From NCBI GenBank assembly GCA_036785375.1, contig JAWMAR010000792.1:372001-436000 (forward strand): a DNA stretch of 64,000 bases, read 5' to 3'. The position numbers were made by a program, and so were the translations under genes. Source of the DNA: Leucoraja ocellata. Its lineage: Eukaryota. This document shows positions 25,760-37,769 of the stretch, piece by piece. The notes beneath the pieces were generated by a model. That model ran no database searches, was not told the origin of the DNA, and saw only the letters and a list, made by a program, of their open reading frames with translations. Position 1 is the first letter of the stretch, and each line of letters opens with the position of its first letter.

Positions 25760-26500
25760 TCCTACAGTGTAGTGTTATATCCGTGCACGGATCGTCCACT
25801 CTGGTTTGTCGGCATGCAACGCGTTTGCTTGAAACCTTCAAGGTCGCCGGTTTTCAGGAGCAACCTAAATTTCAGGAGCTCTCCTCCTGCGGCCCGGTGA
25901 CCCGCTTTCCCCACAACCCGCGGCCAAAGCTCAGACCAGGCCTCGACCACGGGCGCGGAGTGAGCCAACCAGCAAGCCCCGGCCGGTAACCCGAATGCAG
26001 AGGAAATGCAGCCCTCGCCTCACCTGATTGAGCTCGGTCTCCGCCGCGATCCTGAGGTTGGGGTCGATGGTGCCTTTCAGCGCCTGTATGATCCGGTTGG
26101 GATCCATTTTGTGCGGCCTCCTCCCCCCCGCCCCCTGTGCCTGTGCCTGTGCCCCGCGCGGGCACTCGGTGTTGTGGTTTTTTTTTTGCGCTTTTTTCCC
26201 TCCTCCCTCCGCAATCGCTCGTCACTCTGCGTCACTCAAAAGGTGGCGCGAAACACAAGCTCGCGCATCGGACCGCGTCCTCCAGCGGACTCCGGCTCCG
26301 GTCGCCCCGGCAACGCGCAGCCATCTTGCCCCCTCCCTCTCCGTCGGGCCGCTGTGACGTAGTTGCGGGGCAAATGCGGCGTGGACCGCAGTGACGTGTT
26401 GCGGGGCGAAAGCGGGTTGGGCTGCGACGTCATTGCGGGGCAGACGGGAGTGATGGTGTGATTACGTCATTGCGGGGCAAAAACAGCGGGGAACCGACTG
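25760..26500. promoter_or_regulatory. IPO8: CpG island / IPO8 promoter and 5' UTR
   Basis: Non-repetitive CpG-dense block spanning exon 1. Contains a YY1-like CAAGATGGC (minus, ~26320-26328) and four TGACGT-like + GCGGGGC units at 26355-26481. Confidence 0.85.
26024..26107 (-). CDS. IPO8: Importin-8 coding exon 1 (start codon)
   Basis: aaaATGG start, [28 protein letters not shown]|gtgagg, 84 nt, phase 0 joining SYKIINF of exon 2. [16 protein letters not shown] is the importin-8 N-terminus. Confidence 0.97.
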
Positions 26501-26639
26501 ACAGGTTGAGTTGGAAATAGCGCAGCCACCTCACCAGTGCACATAACCCACACGAGGAGTTGGAAAGTCCCTCATCCCATCCATAGTTGGTACTTCCAGT
26601 TGTATTTTGGGGGGAAATGGTCCCCTATTTATTTGGTCA

Positions 26640-27215
26640 GTGTAAGGCCAAACGTAAATTGGGAGAAGCAGCACCTCATATTTTGCTTGGGCAGCTTACC
26701 ACTCAACAGTATGAAAATTGAAGGTACACAAAAAATCTGGAGAAACTCAGCGGGTGCAGCAGCATCTATGGAGCGAAGTAAATAGGCAACGTTTCGGGCC
26801 GAAACCCTTCTTCAGACATGAAAATTGTATGAAAAGAGTATGAAAATTGACTTCCCAAGCTAACTTCGAGCAACACTTCTCTCTCTCTCTCCCCCATCCT
26901 AGTTGTTGTACTAGTTTCACTGTCATCCTGGTGAGTTTCATTGTATAACTCGTTATCACTTTGCCCACAGCCAACAATGGACCATTGTGGGTCCCACTTT
27001 TCCTTGATCAATTACTTTTTGCATATAATTAATTTGTTCTAGATCACCATCTATATCTCTCATTTCCCTCTCCCCTGACTCTCAGTCTGAAGAAGGGTCT
27101 TGACCCAAACTGGCACCTATTCCTTTTCTCCAGAGATGCTGCCCGACATGCTGAGTTACTCCAGCTTTTTGTGTCTATCTTTGGTTTGAACCAGCATCTG
27201 TAGTTCCTTCTTACA
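26640..27215 (+). mobile_element. Penelope 3' end/terminal repeat with a nested younger short insert (26722-26836)
   Basis: …gaagcagcacctcatattttgcttgggcagc (EKQHLIFCLGSL) followed by tctgaagaagggtcttgaccc…ccagcatctgtagttccttc. The insert is flanked by AGTATGAAAATTGA at 26708-26721 and 26837-26850. Confidence 0.75.
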
Positions 27216-27387
27216 CGTCCTGTTTGGTGATGCGACAGTGGAAATCCTACCTGTGCAATTCAAATCTGAAAGTTTACTTTTAAAAATTGCTGGAAGCAGT
27301 AATGTTAATAAGGTAGAGGGAAAGCCACGGACAAGGTTCTCCGAAGAAGGTAAAGGAGAACATCTGCCATGATTATGTTGTTTCGTT

Positions 27388-27540
27388 TTTTAAGATACAG
27401 CATGGAAGCAGGCCTTTCAGCCCTCCTGAGTCCACGCTGACCATCAATCACCCATTCCCACCAGTTCTATGTTATACCACTTTCTCATCCACTCCCTACA
27501 CACTTGGGGCAATTTTACAGAGGTCAATTAACCTACAAAT
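27388..27540 (-). mobile_element. tRNA-SINE 3' fragment
   Basis: gatacagcatggaagcaggcctttcagccc…caattaacctacaaa matches the SINE tail at 12836-12980. Confidence 0.6.
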
Positions 27541-29571
27541 CTTTCCCTCAACCATAATTGACTGTCACACAACTCTGCGCAACTTACTACCTTATGAAGC
27601 AACACTCGTTATTGAATATCACTTGGAAGAATTTGAGGAGACACTTAACTTCCTACCCTTCCCAGGGAATCAGTTTCATATATGTTGATCTGATTCAACA
27701 TATACGATTCAATCACCAAAATAATTCTAGTTTAGTAAAATCAGATATACAGCTATTTGCTGTTTGTGTAAGGATTTCTCTATTGAGGGCTTCTGCACAA
27801 TATATTCCTATTGTAAAAACATGAAAATGCTATAATCTCTGGGACAATTTGAATCCTTTACTAAAGACGGTGGAATATCAACAATCATTGCATTTATTTA
27901 TTACCTGTAAACATGCAATTAACTGGACAGCCAGAAATGTAAACTGACATAGTACTCAAATTTAAAACAACTATTATAATTAGAATAACATTATGTAAAT
28001 AGATTGTTCTACCCAAGCAGAAAAATGTTTAATTATCTGAATGTTAAAGTCACTGTCAAGCCATGTGCTTTCATTTACAAAGTCTTGTGAACATTTTCTG
28101 AACTGAAAACGTTTTAACTCATGCAGTTGGTTTAATTCTGTTGAATAAACAAATCCACACACTAGTTTAGACATTTTTTATATACCAATAATGTTACAAC
28201 AATGTTATGGGTCACAACACTGTATGTATATCTTATAAAGATCAAGATTTTCAGTAGCATGATTTTCAGAACTTCTATGCTGGGTTTATCTTTGCAATTG
28301 CAAATTAATATTTATAATGGGAGATGGGATGCCATTGTCATTGATGGTGCTGAGCTTCTTAAGTGTGGTTGGAGCTGCACTTATCCAGCCCATTGGATAT
28401 CCCACCCTGCTCTTGCCACACCCGAGGTGTTGGAATAGCTTTGGGGAATCAGAAGGAGAAGTACTCAACATCCAACAGTTTTTGATCTGCTCTTGTAACC
28501 AGCAGACATATGTGGCTGTTCCATTTAATTTCTGGTCAATGGTGATTTCCCAGATTGTTGATGGTAGGGGACTCGGCAATAGTAATGCCAAGAGTTGCTG
28601 TTAAAGATAGCCACTGCTCACATGTAGGGGATTAGATGGTCCTTTCTGTTTTATCAGATGGTGCCCATGTGTTACCTAGATCTTACTGGTTGCTGCTTCA
28701 TTTTTTGATCTAGGAGAGAAAGTTATTGTTGAACCAGCTGAAAATGATTGGGCTTAAGGCACAACTGAGGAATGGTTGCATGACCCGAATCACCATAACC
28801 ATCCTCTTTCAAATGATGTGCACCTCCAGATACTGGATTTTGGAGATTACTGTTGGCTTAGCTTTACAAACATTCCTTCCTCCCCATTCTGATTTTGAGG
28901 GAAGTCACTCGCAACTTGCCTCTGGAATTCAGCGCATTCACCTAATCCTGAATCAAGGCTGAAATATAGTCAGGCGAAAGGGACTGCTGAAAAATAACAA
29001 AGCAGATTAATAGTGAATAAATATAGCTTGAATCTTCCATCATTGTTCTGGTGAGAACAGACAAATGCAATTAGCTAAATCGCATTTGTCCTGCTTTTTT
29101 GAGGACAGGGTCTTTCTGGGCAGCTTTCCACTTGGATAGTTGCCAGTGTTGTGACTGCGCTGGAACATTTTGGCTGGAACTTTGCTTGTTTTGGAGCAAG
29201 TCTTTTAATACTTCGGCTGGGGAGTGTACCATCCCATTCATTTGTTTACTGTCTGCCATTTCTTGGAGTGAATTTAATCAGCTGGTTTCTGTGATGGCAT
29301 ATATCTCAAAAACAGCCAGGTTTCACTCTAGTTGAATATGATTGCACATGTTTCTGCTCTTACACATTCCAGTGCTAGGCACTGTCATCATTTAGAACAA
29401 GTTCCCTTGAAGGTTCTTCCTGGAATACATTTCGAAAAAGTCCCACCTGTTTTACACACACAAAAGCATGCCTCAACTTTCCAGTTTTGGACTGCGTCTC
29501 TGTAAGTTATTATGCAATAACTACAAATAGTTTGTTTGGAAATTTAGTTATATAGAATGAAAATGTTCAGT

Positions 29572-30526
29572 TCCAGAAGTTGCAGCGCTGTTAACAGCTG
29601 CGGCTCGCCTGCAGTCCGTCTGTTTTTATTTTTTTCTGTTGTTTTTTGTCTTGTTTTGGTTGTTTTAGTTTGTTGGGTTGTGTTAGAGGGGGTGAAACAT
29701 GTTCTCTGTCTCTTCCTTCGGGAGAATGCGACTTTTTCGTGTCGTATCCCCCTTCTCTGCCTTCGTCTGCGCTGAGGCCTAATGGCGGAGCTGGCGGCCT
29801 CCAACCTGCGACCGACCCCGAGGGTCCGGAGGCAGAGCCAGCCAGGCCTTACCAAAGAGAGGCTGGCCGTCTTCGGGGCTAAGGCAGCGGTGGCCCAACT
29901 TGCTTGGTGCGGCTTTCTGGCTTTCGGCGGCGGCCTGGAGCTGATGCAGCGGGGCTTGGAGCTGAGACTGCGGGACCCGGAGCTGGGGCAGCTGCCCGGA
30001 GCTGGGGCAGCTGCCCGGAGCTGGGGCAGCTGCCCGGAGCGGAGACTGCGGGACCTGGAGCGACGACTGCGGGACCCGGAGCTGGGGTGGCGGCCCGGAG
30101 CGGGGACTGCGGGACCCGGAGCTGGGGTGGCGGCCCGGAGCGGGGACTGCGGGACTCAGAGCTGGGGCGGCGGCCTGGAGCGGGGGCGGCGGCCCGTAGC
30201 TGATGCTGTGGTGGGCTGTCTCGGAGTGGAGACGGCGTTCCGGCTGCGGCGACATCACCACGGAGGTCCGCTGGACTGGAGGACGGCATCTTCGGCCTGG
30301 ATCAATCGCCTCAGCGCAGAGGGAGAACAAGGAGGGAAGAGACGGAGACTAAGACTTTGCCTCCATCACAGTGAGGATGTGCTTGGTGAACTCACTGTGG
30401 TGGATGTATAATTTGTGTTTATTGTATGTTTTGTTATTATTGATTCTGTGTATGACTGCAGGCAACATAATTTTGTTCAGACCGAAAGGTCTGAATGACA
30501 ATAAAATAATCTAATCTAATCTAATC
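29572..30526 (+). mobile_element. GC-rich SINE-like element with internal minisatellite and Rex1-type tail (copy 2)
   Basis: Candidate TSD TGTTCAGT (29564-29571) / TGTTCTGT (30527-30534). 3' hairpin TTCAGACC-GAAA-GGTCTGAA, then GACAATAAA and (AATCT)n. Internal tandem units such as gactgcgggacccggagctgggg at ~29955-30195. Confidence 0.7.
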
Positions 30527-30959
30527 TGTTCTGTAAATCAACTTAAATTCTTGAAGTTGATACTATATTGGTGAAATGTCATTTTCAGTCTATATAACTA
30601 AACAAACTGTATTTGTAGTTTTAGCTGTAAGTATATAATCTGGAATCATCTTTTCCAATCTACAGTATTGAAGTAATCAGCCACATATCTGGTGCAGACA
30701 GTATTGTAAGGCTAACACAGGCATACTAATTCCATCCAACATGCTTCAAATTGTTACCTATGGCTCAAAGGATGGGACCCTGCTTCTGGAAATATAATCT
30801 GCCTTTGACAATATAGATGGAAGAAGGTAAAAATAATATTAAAACCATCTTAGCACATAACAAAACCGTCTACTCTAAAATTTGACATCAAGCTACAGGA
30901 GTATCAAAAGTTTGGTTAGAGTTGGGTTTGAAAATTCATCCTAGAAGAATGCGAAACAT

Positions 30960-31450
30960 TATAATGATTAGAGAAATAATTTCAAAACATCAACAAGGCC
31001 AGTGGATGCATTGAGTACCAATGTTGGAGCACGTAAAGCTGAAGATACCAGATTTGAAATGTAGGGATCCCGTTGCGTTATAAAGCTAAAGATATGGTGA
31101 GGCCGTGAAGAGATTTGAAAACAAGGATTTAAAAATGGTGTTGCTGTCAGACGTGGAGTCATGAAGATCAGCCATCACAGGGGAGATGTGTGACCATGAT
31201 GCAGTGGACATCATAGGCAGCAGAGTTTTCAAAGATCGAAAAATTGTATGGTGTGGAAGGAGCAGCATTGGATAGGCAAGGGGTTTCAGAAAAAGATTCC
31301 ATGAGGGAGATTCAGTATATGATAACATAAAGGTCGAAAGAGGCAGTCTTGATAGTGTCAAGAAAAAGATTGCTAAATTAATCTGAGCCTCAAAGTTGGT
31401 CAGTTATAGGAATGGAAACGGTGGTCAGGTAGTGTGGAGGTTTGGTTGAA
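30960..31450 (-). mobile_element. Probable L2-type LINE remnant
   Basis: Minus-strand pyrimidine-rich, stop-riddled RT-like text (ORF 31086-31361). The family assignment is tentative. Confidence 0.35.
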
Positions 31451-33774
31451 GGGTTTTTTTGTTCCTCATTTGGTATGATAAACCTTTTGATTTTAAAAGG
31501 CTATTTACTTTCAAGAGCAGAAAATGGAGCCAAAAAAAGAGGGTGGTTACGTCATTTATCTACAACACCCACGTTTAGAGATAATATTTTATTGTCTTTT
31601 TTGACATACAATTTAATGGCAGTAAACAATATACATATATATCCAGGAAACAGCAAATTGACTACTTCTTTTAAAATTCTGAAATGTCGTAAAAGCAGAG
31701 AAATACTATACCCTTACATAATGCAAACTTTATGCCGCATTTCAAATCCAGTTTAACAGATGACGGCAGTGATTTCATTCCTCAGATGAAATAATGAAGT
31801 AGGGTTACAATACAAATAACATTGCTGCTTTTGTCATGTTATAGTTTGAATGAAAATACTGTACAGGTTTAAATGTAAGCAAGGCATCAACAGTGTAGCA
31901 GTCATACACATAAAAATATTTTTCACAATATACATTTTGAGCACTTGAGCAATGGTTGTATCTAATACAACTAGCATGATCTTTTATGCACCCTCAAGAC
32001 ACCATGTTTTCATCGTTTAAAAACTGTTTCAGCAGTTCAATTAGTTAAAAGTTCAATTTCCCATTAGTCTGAATCGCAAAGAGAACCAGAATAAGAACGT
32101 GCCTGTATACAGTCTTTGATGAAACAGGAGAGGGCATGATTAATGCTGCAAAAATGAGTTTTGTTTGTCTATTGTAACAGACTGTGAGAAGTGTGTATTG
32201 TAAACTGTTAAAACTATGCAAACTTGATTGTGATAGTAATTTATTCATGCGTCAGCCTCATTTATGGTGAGATGCCATGACCTGCAAAAGGAAATGAGCC
32301 CAAGTCAGCAAGTTTGACTTTTCTGTTCAGTGTATCTTGTACAATGCATCAAATCGAAGGCTCCAGTTATTGTGTGCAACAGTGCGATGGCCCAGTTTCT
32401 GACTGAACTTGCTTTGCTACGTTAGCAGAGCATACACTGAAAATTAATCTAACTGAATATCGTGAGTTCATGTCGATCTCCAGGGTTTAGGATGACACTC
32501 AGTGAGGGAATGCTGCTCTGGCAGAGATACGAGCATTTCAATGGAGGTGTTCAAAGTGAGATTCCAAGAATGTGCAAATTATCCCAGGGCACTCTCCCCC
32601 CCCCCCCCCCCCCCCCACCACCCCAAGGAAGAACAGATAGTTTGCACCAATGTCATGGTGGATAATCTCCCCTTAAGCAATACCCAAAGGATGACTTGAG
32701 TTGTTATTTCATTGTGAAGAGATTGTGTTGTACCCATATTGAGTACCAAGTTTCCTAAATTACTACAGCAACTATACTAAAAGGTGTTTAGCTAGCTGTA
32801 AAGTGTTTCAGAGCACCAAAGCTAACAAAAAGAAACAATGCTGCTTCACCCTATAATTCAGTTATTTTGGCAGAAGAGTGTCTCTGCACTATCAAAGCTA
32901 CACCATAAAGATGCACACTTCAATCCCTTTATCATATTTTTCATGGAATAATATCAGTTGGATTAATCTACACAGCCCTTTCTGCATATCAATTTCAGCT
33001 TTTCAGAATGATCACAAATCCATTCAATTAATCAGGTTTACAGCCAGGTCAAATCAAAATGACACACTAAGGCAGATTTTCCATGAGAGTTACACACATT
33101 AATGCAGACAGTGCTGCCTAACCAGTAAACAAATACATCTTGTTGCACGAGAATGTATCCCACTGCAATTGGGCACATCTCTAATATTAATTTCTCCAGA
33201 ATCATCTCCCTTTCTATTTTGCCTTTCTGAAAATCATAGAATATTTAATTCCCAATCTTCTACAATGACTATTGAATCATCCAAAAATAAATGTGCTACA
33301 TTTAATCATTTTGTATTTAAAACTTTGTGCATCCATGTACGTTTTTAAACCGTTTCCCCCAACTCTGAATATAATTGTGGAGGCTGTACCTTTCTTATGC
33401 TCCCCTTTATTATCACCATATCTTTTTCAAACTTTCCGAATTCTCCTCACCTATATTCACTCCACACTATTATTCAAAGTGTGAGTTAGTCATCCCTCCC
33501 TAGAACCCCAAACCATCACAAAAGAACACTTTTCTTATTTCCCAGTGTTACTGCCCAAAACCTCACAAATTGAAACTCATTTAACCCACACCAATCTTTG
33601 AGCCACATTTACAAATCTAGTTGGTCTAATCTAACCAATTTTACTAATTTGCTACACCCCAGCTAGTAATTCAGAAACTTCGCAGTGCTTTTTTTTAATT
33701 TGGGTCTTAGCTATTTAATCCTTAGTGGTCAATTATGGAAAATTTTCAAAAGGCAGTGGAACTTAAAAGATTTA

Positions 33775-34112
33775 TGAAATTCTTCTCCCTTCTCCAATCA
33801 GGCAAGAGGTGTAGAAGTGTGAAAACGCACACTGACAGATTCAGGGATAGTTTCTTCCCAACTGTTATCAGGCAACGGAACCACCTATCAATAACTGGAG
33901 AGCAGTCCTGAGCTACTATCCACCTAAATGGAGACCCTCGAACCATCTTAAATTGGACTTTATCTTGCACTAAATGTTACTCCCTTTATCATGTATCTGT
34001 ACACTGCGTATGGCTCAATTGTAATCATCTATTGTCTTTCCACTGACTGGTTAGCACGCTATAAAAACTTTTCACTTTACCTCGGTACACGTGACAATAA
34101 ACTAAACTAAAA
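33775..34112 (+). mobile_element. Rex1/Babar-like LINE 3' fragment
   Basis: ttctccct tctccaatcaggcaagaggtgtagaagtgtgaaaacgcacactgacagattcagggatagtttcttccc (end of the RT ORF), then the tail gtgacaataaactaaactaaa. Confidence 0.7.
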
Positions 34113-37100
34113 TAGTAATATCCGAGTGGAAACATAGAATTTATTTTCCGCATTATTTTACAAGAACCTAACAATTAGTGATCCCCAAGCCAGTCTCCCC
34201 CATCTGTTAAGTCCATTTAAGGGTGGAGCAACAGCATCAAGAAGACCCCATGTAGACCAGGATCACGCTGGTCAATTCGGAGACAGGCCTCTGTCAGACC
34301 CAGAACCATGCTGGACCAAATAATAAGGGCCACAAGCTCGCTGGTCAACAGAAGATATGACTCAATATTATGCATAGATACAGAAATGAACCACACTTAG
34401 TTTATATATTTACTTAGTTTCAAAAGTGTTGATTGCAATCAGTACAATAGATTAACATAGAAAGTAAATGCAAAATTAATATGTATAAAGGAAACCTTGG
34501 GTTGATTACCAAAGACCTTCAACACCTGAAACTATGGGGAAACGGCAGTCTATCACAAGTCTAGAAAGGAACTGCAGATGCTGGTTTACACCAGAGATAG
34601 ACACAAAATGCTGGAGTCTGCAGAGATGCTGCTGGTCCTGCTGAGTTACTCCAGCATTTTGTTTATGTCACAAGGCCCTGGTTGCAGCACACACATCACT
34701 TGTTCAATGGATGCGGGCAGTGGTCGAGGCAAACAACATGCAAAGATGTACAAGGGGAAAAGGATATGTCACTGGATGAGATGGAATAAATGGAATGAAA
34801 AAATAACCACGTGCGGAAAATGTGTAGAAAATACTTGTGCCCATTCGTACAAAATAATTTAAATGTAAAATTCAGTAGGTGGGTAAATCTAAACTTTAAC
34901 CATTACTATGTATTGATACTATATACTGAGCTACAGTAGAGATGAAGCTACAGTACATTCAAATTATTCCCATCAGCACTCCAAATCTGTAGCTGTGTTT
35001 TTTTTCTAGTGTGAGAAGAGGAAAAAAGGTCAAGTGAAACCATGGAATAAAAACAGGAAACGGTGGAAATTCCCAACATGCACCTTCATTATTTTCTGTT
35101 TTTATTTCTTTATTCTTAACACCTGCAGTATTTTGCTTTAGAAGTAAAACAGTGGATTTAACACTATTGCCAGACCTCGGCATTACAATTTAACTAACTG
35201 ATTTAAGTCATCACAACAATTTATGGACTTTGGTAACTCTCGGACTCCAGTGGAAATTGTAAAGCTCATTAATGAACTAATTGGCCCTGCCAGGGAAACA
35301 GACTGTTCATGACCTGCCGTCAATTCCCAAATGTTGAAGATGATGTTTCATTGAAATCAGATTTTTGTGGTAACTTTAAATGCAAGATCTCGTACTACAA
35401 AAACTCAGTTAAAGTGCCTCTTGTGCCTTCTGCATCAATTAAATATCAACACAAAATTGTCTACTAAATATCTGAAATTCAGTCTGGATAACAAAATGAA
35501 ATGCAACACCATGCCCCAAAACCAAAGAGCTTTATGAAAGATTAGCACAACTGCATATTGTGAATAATAAATTAAATAGTTCTGAAGCCAGTAAGTCTAG
35601 CAGCATCTGAAGGGAGAAAGTTATAATTTCAGTGGTCTTTTATCGGCCAGCTCACCCTACCCATTTCTCTGAATGTAGTATCTGTTTTCTGTGGTGGTTT
35701 GTTTTCGTTTTTCAGAATGCAGTTGTGATTTTGGGGTTCAAATTTAACTTTTCTTTTTTAAACAGAAACTGAGACTCAGTGTGGATGCAGAAACATTGGA
35801 TTAATGGCACAAATTAGTAAATGGAAAAAGTCTTTATCTTTGTCCAACACTCAAAGCCACAACTAAAGTTCTATTCCTCTTGTCTGATAAATAATTGACC
35901 GCCTTTATTACTGCACAAGGAGAGATGGGATGTTTAATCTTACTCCTTTCCCTTTAAACATTTTTAGGCCTCCCATTGTTCAATAATATATCAACTGAAC
36001 AATCCAACCCCAGATGCCTGGCTAAAACTAAATTTATATTGCTTATTTTATTCTTCAGCCAGTTTGAATCTGAGGCCTTGGGATATGTTAAATAGACCCA
36101 GCATAATTAAAATTGTAATTAAAATGTAAAAACATGCAGATGCTGGAAATCTCAGCAGGTTTGGCAGCATCTGTGGAGAGTGAAAGAAGGGTTGTTGATT
36201 CAAGTCGAAGACTTTATCAGAACTGATGAATGGTTCCCAACCCAAAAAGTTAATAATTTCATTTTCAACATAAATTGACTAATCTGCATTGTGGTTCCAG
36301 CATTTTCTGTGTTTTAGTTCCAACACAAGACATTCCCATCAGGGGCTCAATGTTAATACCACCAGGTTCATATATTCAAATAACTGCAAACCTGGATTTT
36401 AACAAATATCCCCTAATGTGGGACAAAACACATCTGAATGTCACTAAACTGAGGATATGGACACTGTAGGACCACTAGTTGTGGGCAATTTATCCATTTG
36501 TTTTATGCAACTATTTCATTTTACTTGATAAATAAACCTGGTCTACATGGCAAACATTGCTGTATTTTCACTCATTTGGAATCTGCTCTCTAAAGTATGA
36601 CCCCCCCCCCACCTCTCCAACTCATTGGCTATCAAATTTAAATATTCATTTCAAACACACTTCGCAATGGCAACAGCTTCATCTCAAGTTAATGAGAGCT
36701 AATATGAAACTTAATCTTGTTGGCAACCAGATCAAACCGCACGGCTGAGCCATGAGAAGCAAGCTTCCATTTTACACTCAGCTGTATAATTGTCTTCCAC
36801 CAGCCAAAACTCAAATTGTTTGAAAGCGATTGGAATGCTTTTCGTTCATTCCCAAATTTTTTTTAGATCAGAAAAAATAATTTGAAACAATTTCCAAACT
36901 AAAGGTGGATAGCTTCAGCAAGATTCACAAAAATCTACAATTGATATAACGTTTTTTAACAAAGTAAAATCTTCCAAGGCATTTCAAAAGTTAGGATCAG
37001 ACAAGCTTCAAAGTGGTAGGTTTTCTAAAGTTTCTTGAAAGGAAGTGGAGGAGTAGAATAGTATGGGGGTGGGGGAATCCAGAGAATTGGAACAAGCAAC

Positions 37101-37748
37101 TGAATGTGTAAACATCAAAATTATACAAGAACTACATTGCAAGTTCAGTGATTTATAAGCAGTTATATATACACTTGTATATCCTTTGGAGGAAAGCATA
37201 TAAATTTGGTAACATTTAGTGGTCAGAGATGATAAATTGGATTGAAGGTTCAACATCCACATTCTGTCAAAGGCTAAAATCCACGAAGAGCAGATAGCCA
37301 AAAAAAGTTAAGCTATTGAACATTGATACAGCAGCAGCAATAGCCATCATTTCCAGCAGACCAAATCAGCAGAGGCACTCTGCCTTTAAGAACACTCATA
37401 TCATATCATCAATCGACAGCAATATTTCACAGGCTCAAATTGAAGAAATGAACCCAGAGACGCGTGGCCTCTTCTCGAAAACAGTACAAAAGAGCCAAAT
37501 TATACCTGCATCTGACCAAGGTTAATCCATAGAGAAGATTGGGACTGAAACAAGGCTTAAAGGGAGCTTTGTGGTAGTTAAACAAAGACGAATGAGTCAG
37601 TTAATGCCAACTAATCTGACATAGGTAGTAATTCTGCTTGCTTTAAACCATAAGGCAAGGTGATGAGTACTTTGCTCCAATTACACCAAACACTTAGCTT
37701 AAGTACTTGATATATTAAAATAATACAGCTGCATTAGGCCTCGGGGTA

Positions 37749-37769
37749 TGTGTGTGTGTGTGTGTGTGT
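37749..37769 (+). repeat. (TG)n microsatellite
   Basis: tgtgtgtgtgtgtgtgtgtgt. Confidence 0.9.

Noticed and set aside
25738-26433. ORFs on both strands over the CpG island
   Set aside because: GC-rich stop-poor sequence. The real coding part is only 26024-26107, in a frame not listed in the track.
29544-30411. Several overlapping 100-209 aa ORFs with collagen-like or PAPG repeats
   Set aside because: Open on both strands because of a GC-rich minisatellite inside a retroposon-like element. No domain and no splice support.
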